Assembly: GCA_028534125.1 (NCBI GenBank)
Contig: CM052817.1
Location: forward strand, 85,624,001 to 85,688,000
Direction: 5' to 3'
Length of the DNA stretch: 64,000 nt
DNA from: Lama glama
Lineage: Eukaryota
Under the pieces are notes generated by a model. The model did not search any database, was not told where the DNA came from, and saw nothing but the letters and a program-made list of their open reading frames with translations. The position numbers were made by a program, and so were the translations under genes. Of this stretch, positions 52,230 through 64,000 are shown in pieces (within the stretch, counting starts at the first letter, position 1; every line of letters starts with the position of its first letter).

Positions 52230-52883
52230 AGGCTAGGCAGGTTATTCTGTTATTTTTCTCTTGGCTCTCAGTCAGCTCCTCTGTATTCTTCTTTGCCAGC
52301 TTCTCCCTGTGGCACTCTTTCAGTAGGGCCAGTAGCTGGAGATTCTGAAGCTGGAACAGAAAGAGACTGGCTCTTACCTAGTGGCTCCCAGTCTGCTTGC
52401 AGTTTCTGTGAGCATCATCTCGGCCTTGTTTGTCCACCTTGATAAAACACTTCCTTCCTAAAGCAGCACCTGGATCATTTGCTGTTTTTCCAACATTAAG
52501 AAAAACAGCCTCAATGTCTCTTTCAGAGACACTAGCACCAACTGGCAGGAGCCCCCTTCACAGAGGAGGGGTCTCAGCCCCTTGGGCCCCTGCTTTGAAA
52601 GACACCATTCTAGCTGCACAGCATTCTCTCCTCACAGATCTGAGTTTCATCTTCTCAGCACCCTCCTGTAAATTCCTAATGTGTAATTATGCCAATCTCT
52701 TCATTTGTTCCTTCACCTTGAAGTGGTAGCTGTTACCATAGGTCCCTACTTTCGTAATACCTAAGTTCTTTCTATCCATTCTGTTCTTAGTTAACAAAAT
52801 TGTGCTTACCAACTATTTATACTAAGTTTCTTCTATACAAAATACTAAGATGCTTTCTGTCTCCTGACTGGCCCCTGATGGAC
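52230..52883 (+). mobile_element. ERVL LTR (LTR41-like)
   Basis: 'ctgcttgcagtttctgtgagcatca', 'ggtctcagccccttggg', 'ttgttccttcaccttgaagtggtagctg', ending 'tttctgtctcctgactggcccctgatggaca'. Confidence 0.65.
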
Positions 52884-55237
52884 AAAATTGCTTGATTTGT
52901 CAGCTTTTAATATGTTGAAAGGAAGTGGATGAAAGTTACTTAAAGCTAGAATCTGGAGTCACGGAAGACGGAATGGCTTACCCTATAGAATAGACGATTT
53001 AAATATTTTGCACACGTTAGAAAAGTGTGTTTGAGGTTTGTTTTGCTCTATAAATAGCTTAGCTAAGAAAATTCTCCTTTCTCCAATATTTTTATGGAGA
53101 TTGTATTAGTTAATTTGATTTTTCTTAAATGATTTCATTTTGTCATCTCTAAAATGCCAACTTAAATTTTAATTGTCTGACAGATATTAATTGTATTTGT
53201 TCAATATGCATTCCATTGTGTTTTAGTATGCAATTTAAAAGAGTAGATTTTTCCTTATAATTTCAATATTCAGATATAATCTTACTGTCTCCAAAAAAAA
53301 CTTAATAACCTAATCATGTTAATCAGATTCATGGCAATTGACTCTAATTTAATGTGTGTGTACACAGGCAAGGTTAAAGAGTTTTTATTTATTTATTTAC
53401 TTCATATATATTGTACTTTCCCCGAACACCTCACAGTCACATGTAAGTGGATTTCTACTACTTTACAGCTGTATTACAGAAAGATAGTGATGGAATCTTG
53501 ATTAATTTTCCTCCTGCAATTAAAATTTCATGATGTTCTAAAAAAATCTTTAAAAGTACTAACTAACATGAATTAGTTGAGTCATAAAAGATTTTGTGAT
53601 TTCCTTTTTTCTCACATGTTTAAGTATTGTACCACTAATCTAATATTGGTTATTTTTAAATGTCTTTTTGTTACTTAAATATATATTCTGAACCAAATGC
53701 AATTTATATAGCCAATGAATGATATCTTTTTTATTAATATACTAGCATAAAAAGACTTTCTTTAGGATAGTTGTATTTAAATATGTTTCCTGGCCAAGCC
53801 ACATGACATTTATTATTTTGAGGTTCTTTCCATAAGTAACTCTCTTCATTTGTATGTTTTTCTGTTTTTTAAACTCTCATTTCTGGTGAATAAGCGATCT
53901 ATCTTACCAAGACATTTAATTATATCCTTGAGTCTAGCACTTTCGTCATCCAGTAATAACTGCGAAATCGTTTTCTTCTCTGTGTCTCATTAATACTGTT
54001 TACAATATAAAAGCAATTTTATTGTTTTATTTATTAATTTTTGGCTTAAAAATATAAACTTATGAACTAATGTTTCAGCAACTAGGCGACATTCATTTTT
54101 CCTAACTCCCAGTTTTGGTAGATTATGCTACTCAGTGGATATATTAAGTAAAACTGACTCAGCTTATTCCAGATTATTCTCTATCTCTACAGTAAATTAC
54201 TTGAATCATTTGTACCTTGAATCATATTTTCTAGACTAGGCAATATTCTGATTTTTAAAATGATGCCAAAAAAGCTACTTCAAATAAGTAACTTCCCAAA
54301 AAACGATGCCTGCATTACCTTCATAATACCTAGAACAATGCTTTTAAGATGATTGATTTAATATACATATGTATTGAATTGCTTTGCTTACAGACATGCT
54401 CCCTACCAATAAAATTAAATAGAAAAAATTAATGACACCTTTCTTAACCTGATATCACCATGTGTTGACCTTCACAACTTCTCTTACTTCAAAGCACTAG
54501 CTTTATGTAATCATTTTATTTCCTTACCACTGATATTTATTTATTAATTTATTCAGCCTTTCAAACTTTCACCAACAATTATTTTTCTACTTACATTATT
54601 TACTTATAGATTTCCAGTGAACTCCTTGTCACCCAAAACAAGGAGTTTTATCAGTCATTTTACTTTCATTCTCATATTAAAATGTTCAGTGGAACTCCAC
54701 TCTTAGCAATATCTGAATAGGTATTTTCTCCCTTCTGAGAACAATTAGTAAAACAATGACAAAATGAGGGGCTGGGGGAGTTATTCTAAGGCACAGTGAC
54801 AGAAAGAAAGTCATTTTTTAATCCAGAAAAAAACATGCCCTGATTTTGAGGAATGACTTTCTGACTCAAATTCATCACAGTAGAGTGTATCATGATCTGC
54901 TTCAAATGGATTAGATTGTAAAATATCAGGGTTTGCTTGTTTATACACAATTTTTAACAGTTTTTCTAGCAACAGTTTTAAAATATGGATTATTTTGTTT
55001 CATAATGGAATTCCTTATAGTAGCGTAAAATTCTGGATTTTATTTTTATTTCTGCTATGCCCATCTTGATGACCACTTTTCCCTCTTAATTGTTTCTGGA
55101 CCTCTCACCCATATCCTAACAAAGTAAGTTCAGATTGCCTCTAAAGTTTAGGGTATATTACCTATTCCTCTCTTTAGAATCTGTAATAATTTATTAGCAA
55201 CATTAATCTTCATATTCTTACTGCCTTGTTTTCATCT

Positions 55238-55240
<3 letters not shown>

Positions 55241-55272
<32 letters not shown>
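55241..55272 (+). repeat. (TA)16 microsatellite
   Basis: Read directly from the sequence. Confidence 0.95.
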
Positions 55273-55275
<3 letters not shown>

Positions 55276-57499
55276 TATAATAGTTACATTTTTATGAAAT
55301 CAGACATCAAGTCTTCTTGTTTATATGTCTCCAATATCTAGAAAAGTGCATGATATATAAAGTAAGAGAAATAATCATTAATTAAATTAAATTAATCATT
55401 AATTAAATGATTAAAAACCATTAATTAAATCATTAATTGAAAGAAGAGATTTGAGAGGTGGGTTTTCAGAGATATTAACAGAATCGGTGATTATGTGTAA
55501 TAATTGCTATAATGTATCCAAATTCTTGTTTGCAACGTTAATTTATTCTTCCTAGGTTATGCATATAATGTATACACTTGCCACTAACTGACAACTCAGT
55601 ACATTCATGTGTTAAATTAACACACTAAACCTTTCCGTGGTATAACCAGATAAACTCAGTATTTTGAGTATATGATCCATTAAACTATCCCCCTCCAACA
55701 CAAAAATCAACCATTATAAATACAATAACATAAAATTAGTTACTTTATAATTAATAATGTAACATTTATCCAAACATACATAAGATTTAAAGCAATTTCA
55801 ACACACATATTTCTTATGCCAGTGGACATCAGCTATCATCAGTCACAAATTAAGCCAACCTGGTTCTGATTTGAAAATAAAGGTAAATTTTATCCTGTCT
55901 CTCATCATCAAATCTGAAACTTTGGGGACTCTGTCATTTTGTTCTGTTGACATGGATCTGCTTGAAAATGCCTTTGTGGGGTAGGCCATAATTAGCTACT
56001 TATCCTTTCCAGGGAAACACAAAATGCATAATTTTACTTTCTTCACTAATTATCTCTGGATACTCTGCAGCCCAATCTTTCTGTTTTCTTGAGTCAAAAC
56101 AGAAAAAGAAAGGAAAAAAGTCCTTTACCATGTTATCTCCGTATGAGATATGCAAAAGAGAAAGTACAATTCATGGATTAGAATTCTGTGCTACATGTGC
56201 ATATGATTCTTACCTTTTAAAGTACATTTTCCATCACTCAGATATTACTCTGGCAATTACCCATTCTAATCATCCTATGAAAGTTACTCCTGTTTCTGTC
56301 CTTCCTCTTTTTCTTCTTCCTGTCCTATATAGTATTGTTTTGATTAAAATATTTTTGTTAAAAACAAAATTTTATTAATGTCAACCATATACCAAAACAT
56401 TTAAACTTGCCAGAAAATAAGGCAGGAAGGTGAGGGAAATAAAGGGGTTCAAGGATACTTACATAAGCAGCTAATCTTACAGAGAAAAAAAAAAACCTTT
56501 GCATTTTCAATTTTCAAGTTCTTACAAGTCTCAGGTCCATATTGAATTTTACACAGGAGGTCTGGGGCTTGGTGGTGACAAAGGCCAGGTGTGTGGAATA
56601 CCAGTCTGGAGGCAAAATAAACATTGAAGAAGCAAATGGGAAGGTCACATCTGTGTCTGAAATTGGAATAACAGGATTTCATCTCTTGTCAGTAGGATCC
56701 AATAGGGCCGACAAGCATGAAGGCAGGGAATGGTGTCTGTCACACAGAGATCATAAGCAGAGTACCAAGCAATAGGTTCTGTTTTTCAAGACACCATCAC
56801 CAGTGATTTTATTTCCCCCAAACTGCAAACAATGAAGGAAAGCACACAGTTTGTTTGTTTCTCAGTTTTAGGACTTTCTTGTTTTTCTTTTCTCAGTATC
56901 AAACAACCTAGTATTTGTGTGTGCTGCCTCAGATCTTTGTTAATGAATCTATATTATTTATTAAAAATCTTAAATTCTGTAATCCATGATAAGACAGTCA
57001 ACTTTTCAGCATTAGGAATCTTAATTAAATCTCAGGTAAGAATTTCATACAGATAATTCCTCCTCACCTAAATATTTCAGTAGACAAAATATTGTTAAAG
57101 TATTCTGATAGTCCGCCTGTAAACTTCCTCCTTGTTGCATTCACTTCATCAGTCTTAACCTTTTCCCCTTTTTGTTACTTATACAATTGAAAGAATGTAG
57201 GTAGTTATCATTTTTAATAAGATAATCATTCTGCACATACTCTTCTCATTTGATCATTATTTTTCTCTCTTTAATTTTGCAACTGGAAGCCTTTATCAGC
57301 AAGAAAAAAAAACTTTGAAATATTTTGTTGCTCTAAATTTTTTTTGAGTATTTAGTTTTCTTAGCCATATTTTTAATATAGGCGGATGGGTTTATGTGTA
57401 CTATTTGAGTTTACATATGAAATCAAATCAGTGTATATACCATTCATCATAAACAAGAAATATGGGGACAACTTTTAGAGAAATAGCTTTTTTATTGTA

Positions 57500-57635
57500 T
57501 GGGGTTTTTCTAGATCTGCCTGCATCAAAATCTTCTATAACCCTTGGTTAATATTTTCATCCACTCAGAATTTATGGGGTAGAAATCTGCATGTGTTTCA
57601 ATAATACTTTTGCATAGTAAAGTTTGATAATTAAA
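57500..57635. mobile_element. hAT-Charlie MER5-like fragment
   Basis: 'ctgcatcaaaatc...tcagaatttatggggt...aatctgcat...catagtaaagtttga'. Confidence 0.5.
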
Positions 57636-57884
57636 GCCTGGATATTTTTCTCTATTACACATTGAGATATATAGTCTCTAAACTGTGCTTTTGAAAGAAC
57701 ATTCCTTAATAATAAAACTATTAATAATATCTTAAATATAAAATTTTGAAAGGAAATAAGCCAGAATTGTTAAATTTGCTTCTCCAGGAAAGGGAGTTTT
57801 ATTAAATAACATTGAGTTATGAAAATGTCATAGATTCTGGGTTTTCAGTGGTTTGTAATATTAATCTTTGAATAGTTAATAAGC

Positions 57885-58015
57885 AGATAGGTAGCATTTA
57901 TGGCTTATATATCTGGCCTTATTCTGAGTGATTAGCATATACCAACTTGGGCTTCGGACTTCTCTCATCCCTGTTTTGTAGATGAGGAAACTGAGGTACA
58001 GAAGTTTAACAGCTG
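57885..58015 (-). mobile_element. MIR fragment
   Basis: 'catccctgttttgtagatgaggaaactgaggtacagaagtttaa', the antisense MIR core. Confidence 0.8.
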
Positions 58016-59449
58016 CAAGAAAAGTACAAAGATGGTTCCCTATGCTCCCCAATTTATGTCCGTTGCCCCAGTGGAATAAAATTAAGTAGTCTATTAATTA
58101 TACACACAGAGTCGACATATGTGAGAGTTAATTTTAATGGATTGCATAGTTGCAGCTATTACTTTGAAATGTCAAGGAATTTTTTTTTCAAAGAAAGTTA
58201 CTGGTTAAGATATACTAATATTTACAAAGATGGTCTCACTGTTATTGCTGCCTGAGTTTTCAGAATGTTTACTCATGTTGGTTGTCAAATTCTATGTAAA
58301 TAAAACACCAATAAAAAAGGACAGAACTGTCTGCAAACAGCACAATTACTTTATGACAGTTTTACTATAGATGCTATTTTATTATCTTTTAAATATACCT
58401 ACTTTGTAGGAAATAGTGCTTATAAAAAGTTTAGAAAAATATATAATACTTAACATGTTCTTTTCTTGTCTTCCATACAATGATATCAATTTCAGTAATT
58501 GATTCACCAGCATTATTTAAAGTATTGTTGCATCTACTTTGTATTTTGAATGCAATGCTTTAAATTTGGGTCGGCAAATGACCCTTAAGTAAAACTTGGG
58601 ATGGAGAAGTTAAAGGTGATATGGTGAGGGAAAAAAACAATGCTTGAATTGTATCTGAGGAAGAAGAAGAGGTTGGAAGATATTAATAGACAAATTAGGT
58701 GTCAACTAAAAAGTCCAAAGGGCATGGGAAAGAGAACTGTGAAAAATTTTACCTTAATATTATTGTGGAAAAAAATAGGAATAGTTATTTAAAAATCTGT
58801 GTAAAATAGCAATGCTATAATAGTCATTGATTTTTAAAGTTAAAATTTATGTTTTATTAAATTAAGCATCTTAAAAAAACAGACACTTTGGAAAGAATCA
58901 GTTTTTTTTCTGATGGCTTTTGTGAATAGAAATATTGTGGTTACAAAATTTTCCCTAGTGAACTAGATATTACAAAGTCCTGAATATCAACTAATAAAAA
59001 ACCACATGTACTGCTGATCACATATTACTCACTTCAATTTTCAGTTGATCTCCAACAAAGACTTACTGGAGCCAAAGAGCATTTTTCAAACACTGTAATA
59101 CAAGTGACTCTGACCAGTTAGCTTAGAAACCTGCCTCCTCTGAGAATAAGAAAAATGAAAGGAATTGAAAGGCCTTTAAATCCCAGCACTGTGGCCAGGT
59201 TAGCTGTAGCCCCACTCTAACTATAGTCCTGTGGATTATACAACTATCTAAAGATTTACTTCCAGAGTCTGACACTCCTTTAGCAGCTATCATGTTAAAG
59301 CTGGGGACTTCCCTGGCATTTGCATTAAAAAATGTGACTTACTAATGACTGTTGAATGGTCAGTGCTCTTCACTGCATGTTACACAGGGAGAGGATACCT
59401 CTCACTTGATTCATTGTTTTCCACATCATTATAAGCCCTGCATGAATAT

Positions 59450-59630
59450 TTACTCATTTGATCATTCCAGCAAATATGAAGGTGTTATAAATTATAATAT
59501 CATCTGATTTTTCATTTATTTCATAGATTTCAGGTAAAATGCCAGTGCAAAATAACTTGACATTGATGAATCTAGGATTCAAACCCAGGACAGCTGCCTC
59601 CATAGGGTGCTTTATGTAGTCCCTATTCCA
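59450..59630 (-). mobile_element. MIR fragment
   Basis: 'tcatttgatcattccagcaa...ctaggattcaaacccaggacagctgcctcca'. Confidence 0.6.
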
Positions 59631-59692
59631 GTGGCTTTCATCCTTTTTCAAACGATCCATAGTAAAAAATAAATTCCTTTTATGTAATGATC

Positions 59693-59695
<3 letters not shown>

Positions 59696-59749
<54 letters not shown>
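59696..59749 (+). repeat. (CA)27 microsatellite
   Basis: Read directly from the sequence. Accounts for the CVCV run in ORF 59454..59753. Confidence 0.95.
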
Positions 59750-59750
<1 letters not shown>

Positions 59751-61704
59751 CATTATCCTTACTACTTGGGCTACATTCTGATACTTTATTATCTATTTTA
59801 TTATATCCCATCCCATTCACTACATTTTTAGAAGTGCTAATCTTGATCCACTAACAGATCTTGACCTGAATTTTGACAAACATTGCAAAACGGTCCCCTA
59901 CCTCTGCATCAGGGTGTTGATGTGCCAGATAAGGCCCCATTCACTCTCTATGACTGATAATGAATAGGAAAAAAATAAGTAGAACATCCAGAGTCAAACA
60001 TAAGTAGTGATTGAATATTGTGAACAGATGTTGCCTTTTTTTAAATGTATGCAATTATCCAATATAAAACTTATCATTTCCTATCCCCAAATCCAGCTTA
60101 TCTTCCTAAATTCCTTAATTTAGTTTAAAAAATTTACCAGTACATAATCATTATTCCAATGACCTAGGCTTACAAGTCCATCATAATCCTAGTCATTGCC
60201 CCTATATCTTAGTTGCAAATTGTTTTTGATACTCTTCCAATCATTCATGCAGATTGGATCTTTTCACTGTGGACTGACAGGCTTAAACTTTACTTTTTAT
60301 TTTCTTGTCAAATGTGGTACATCCTAAGAAGCATTTGAAAATCTAATCTTTACTTCTTTAATTCATCCTGAGTGATGTTATCAAGTTACTTAATGTACTG
60401 TTTATTTCACTTCTAATTCTTTAATTTAAGCTAGAATTGCTTATTAGACCTTTACGGTCTGTCTAAAGATCTATCACTTCAACTCTATGGCTACTAATTC
60501 TCTATATCCCTGTTAACCATACGGCTTCCATCACACCGTCTTTTAATTATTTATGTAGAAAAAAATTCCTCTATCCCTTATTTGCTAGTTTATTTTTTCT
60601 TTCTTCTATTACTGAATGAACCACAATATCCATGAAGATACCCAACAGAAACTGAAGGAATCTGAGATTTGCTCAAGAGATTAATGAAAAATCACTATTG
60701 GTATTTCAGAGCTTTGAACAGGATCTTTGTGTAATAGAGTAGCTATTAGTCATGAGAAATGTACAGCTTTTATGTCAAAAAAAAAAAAGAAAAAGAAAAA
60801 CTGAAGGAGGAAGAATGCAGAGGGAATTAATATTTTACATAATAATGTGAAATGGGAATAAGTACTACCAGCTAATAAAACCATACAAATAAATTATATT
60901 ATAGAGATAAACGTATATTGACACATTATTTCAGATGAGGCATGTTACATGTGTGAAATAAAATTCTAAAGATGAGGAAAATATATTCTGCATCAACTCC
61001 TGTGGGTTATGGATAATGTTTCCTAAAAGTTGGAGAAAGATTAGAATAAGGAGAATTTTTTGAAGACTCATGGATTCCTCTATAAAGATCCCGCCTTAAA
61101 TTCCTCAAAACAAGGATTTATTCTCCTCTCTGTGTGACATGTTACTATGATTCATTTGTTTTTTGCAATGTTATAGAAATTACAGGAGACTAAAAGAGAG
61201 AGACCTATCTCCTAAAGTGTATTGCTACACCATTATAATTCAATTACATTGAATTTCTTAAAATATATATTGAAAAAAAGGTCAAGTTCTGCTTTGCATG
61301 TGTGCATTTTCACTTTTTGTTCTATTTGTATATTCTGCTCATACATTGCACTGATTATGTGTCAGAAATTCCCCTAAATTCTTTAACATATAGATTTAAT
61401 TCCACTAAATAAAAAATGTCTTTCTATTTTCAAGCAATTTGAGTATATAAAGTTAATTCCTGATTTTCATAATATCATATCCAATATTTAAGTAATATAA
61501 AATACGGAGAAATTGGTCTCGGTGTTGCAAATCATGAAAAAATTGGATTTGTAGGATATCAGTGAGACATTTCTACAATCTATTGAGTAATGTACAGGGT
61601 GAGCAGGATTCTAAGTCCCTCCAGAACATGTTACATGTACATGAAAAGTATACATTCTCTCCACACAAACTGATCAAAGAATGAAAGAGATTAGGTATTT
61701 TTAC

Positions 61705-62187
61705 TCATTTTAATTGAAAAATTGAAACATAGCTAGCATATAGAAATTGCACAGATCAAAAATGTACAATTAGGAAAATGTTCCCAAAGTAAATACACTA
61801 GGCTAAACATCACATGCATCAAGAAATAGAACATTATTCGTAAGTCAGAAGCCCCTTTGTGATCCTTCTCAGTCACTTTTCCATGACAAATGTAATTGTC
61901 ATTCTGAATTCTAACATCATAAATCAGTTTGACCACTTTGAATCTTATGTAAAGAGGAATACATATGACTTGTTTTCTAACTGGATCCTTTTGCTCAGTA
62001 CTGTTTGAAATCCATCCACTGTGAGTGTGTGTATGTGTGTATGTGCATATGCAGTAATAATTTTAATATTCTTATAACTTTATGACACTCCACTCTATGT
62101 ATATACCACCTTTATTCGATCAATCAAATTTGGCTCATGGAAATTTGAATTGATTTCAGTTCCTGACAATTAAAAATGAAATTGCAA
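61705..62187 (-). mobile_element. L1ME-like 3' UTR, left part
   Basis: 'tgcacagatcaaaaatgtacaa', 'atcaagaaatagaacatt', 'cattctgaattctaacatcataaatcagtttg', 'ttttgctcag'. Confidence 0.8.
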
Positions 62188-62957
62188 TAGAGAATGCAGA
62201 CATAGATCCATAAAATATGCACAGTTTTTTTTTTTTGACAAAGCAATTCAATGAAGGAGGAATAGCCATGTTAATGAATGGTACTAGAACAACTGGACAG
62301 CAACAATCAAATAATGAACCTTTACCTAAAGCACCCAGTTTATATAGAAATGAACAAAATGGATCATGATCTTCAACGTAAAACTAGAAAACTTACAGGA
62401 AAAAAAAAAGAAAATCTTTAAAATTTAAATCTAGGCAAAGATTGCTTAGATTTGACCAAAAAACATGAAACATAAAAGGAAAATTGATAAGATCAAATTC
62501 ATGGAAATTAAAAATTTTGCTCTGTAACAGGGACCTGTTAGGATGGAAAGACAAATTACAGACTAGGAGAAAATATTTGCAAATAATATGTCTAGCAGAA
62601 GACTAGTAATAACAATATATAAATAACTCTAAAAACTCAACATTAAAAAAAATAAACAATCTCATTTAAGAAGTGAGCAAGATGTGCAGACACTTCATCA
62701 AACAGAATACACAGAGAACAAATAAGAACATAAAAATACATTAAACACTACTGACCACTAGAGAAATGAAAATTAAAACCACAATGAAATATTATATGTC
62801 TATCAGAGTAGCTAAATTGAAATTAGTGCTAACATGAAACGCTGGTGAGGATGCACAGTCATGGGGTCGCTAATACATTGCTGATGGGAATGTAAATCCG
62901 CACGGTCACTCTGGAAGACATTTTGTTAGTTGCTTATAAAAGTAAACATATATTTAG
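62188..62957 (+). mobile_element. L1 ORF2 3' fragment nested in the opposite orientation
   Basis: 'tttttgacaaagcaattcaatg', 'ctaggcaaagattgcttaga', 'ggagaaaatatttgcaaat', 'aaattaaaaccacaatgaaat', 'cattgctgatgggaatgtaaa'. Confidence 0.85.
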
Positions 62958-63270
62958 TGAACATTAATATGACTTCCTGCTATGTATTGCTAGGAATGGA
63001 ATTGCTGAATCACAGGTGTATGTATGTTAAACTTCAGCAAATGCTGATATTTTTCAAAGTTAATATAAAAAAATGAAAACTTCACTCTAAATGTATGCAC
63101 CGGTTTCTTCACATCCTTGTCAAAAAATGACATTATAGTTTTCATTTTACCCATGGCGGCCTGTGTGTTGTGACATAACAGTGCAATTTGATTTCTATTT
63201 CCCTGATTACCAATGATGTTGAGTGCTTGCTTTTTTTATGTTTATTGATGAGTACTTTTTTCTGAAAGCA
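62958..63270 (-). mobile_element. L1ME-like element, right part (continuation)
   Basis: 'gtgaacatt...ctaggaatggaattgctgaatcacagg...ttcttcacatccttgtcaa...atttccctgattaccaatgatgttgag'. Confidence 0.8.
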
Positions 63271-64000
63271 TCACTGACCAAGGCTCAAATTTTCTAGTTT
63301 CAGTGGCTTTTTGTTCCTAAAGTCAGAAAGGAACTTTCCTGAGTGTGGTGTCTTATGTTGGAGGATAAATGCACAGATTTTGGAAACCTATTAAGGTCAC
63401 ATTTGAAAGAAATGAATGACATAGCCTTCAGGGCCTTAAAGGAGAATTTGGTAAGCCCACTTTTCCTTGGGCTTCCCAGTTATCAGATTTCCTTTTTTGT
63501 GTGTGTGTTAAAAAAGGAAGGAAATATCCTCGGGGCACTCACTCAGAAACACAAGGCCATCATTAACCCATAGAGTATCACAGCCAGGAACTGGATCCTG
63601 AGACATGAGAATAACCCTTATGCCCTAGAGTCATTAAGGCCACTGCCTTTTTGGTTAGGACCACCAAGAAAATCATTGTGGAATCTCATTATTAAATTTT
63701 TGCACGTCATGCAGTAGAAGCTCTCCTGAATTTTCATAACACTCAGCGTTTCTCAGCCAGCCACTTCACCTCCTGTAAAGTCCTCAAGTTAAGTGCCCCT
63801 CACATAAACATTCTTACATTGTAATAATCTTAACCTGGTTACTTTTCTCCCCTCCATCACAGACAAAACACCTCATGACTCTGTAATGCTAAGAGATCAC
63901 CTTCTGGCTCCTCATAATGATCTACAGGAAATTCCATTGAGTAACCTGGACTTCTCATGATTTCGTTCTTGTGAATTCCATTTGCAATATTTTTAAAAGG

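Noticed and set aside
57010..57041. ctcag|gtaaga as a recursive splice site
   Set aside because: There is no pyrimidine tract before the AG; an isolated donor-like motif.
59303..59316. 'gggacttccctgg' as the start of a CHR/Bov-tA SINE
   Set aside because: Similarity stops after 13 nt and there is no tRNA-derived body. It also fits an isolated NF-kB-like 10-mer, which is unsupported alone.
1..64000. Six-frame ORFs (60-142 aa) as genes
   Set aside because: They are short and low-complexity, many start at non-ATG codons, and many lie within L1, LTR or microsatellite sequence. Only the Tigger2 pieces resemble a known protein, and those are disrupted.
1..64000. CRISPR arrays, operons, rRNA/tRNA genes, NUMTs
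   Set aside because: No regularly spaced repeats, gene-dense segments or recognisable structural-RNA or mitochondrial sequence were seen; the DNA is mammalian nuclear.

Overview
This is AT-rich, CpG-depleted mammalian (eutherian) non-coding DNA, either a long intron or intergenic. I recognise no protein-coding exon, RNA gene or CpG-island promoter. Nearly all ORFs in the supplied track are chance ORFs or lie inside repeats; the two exceptions are dead Tigger2 transposase fragments. A large share of the window is fossil transposon: L1, L2, MIR, MaLR (MLT1), ERVL and ERV1-type LTRs, ERVL gag/pol relics, Tigger and hAT elements. A cetartiodactyl-type L1 3' end, with no ruminant, pig, carnivore, horse or primate SINE seen, suggests a camelid host (inference). 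I found no new multi-gene system. The most notable items are three L1-machinery products: a polyadenylated LTR R-region retrocopy inside a MIR, an apparent L1 3' transduction, and an orphan poly(A)/TSD insert. Also of interest are a strong minus-strand non-coding or recursive-splice-type exon, a short interstitial telomere-like array, and oppositely oriented ERVL gag and pol relics. Repeat family names come from recalled consensus motifs rather than a database search, and old-repeat boundaries are approximate.
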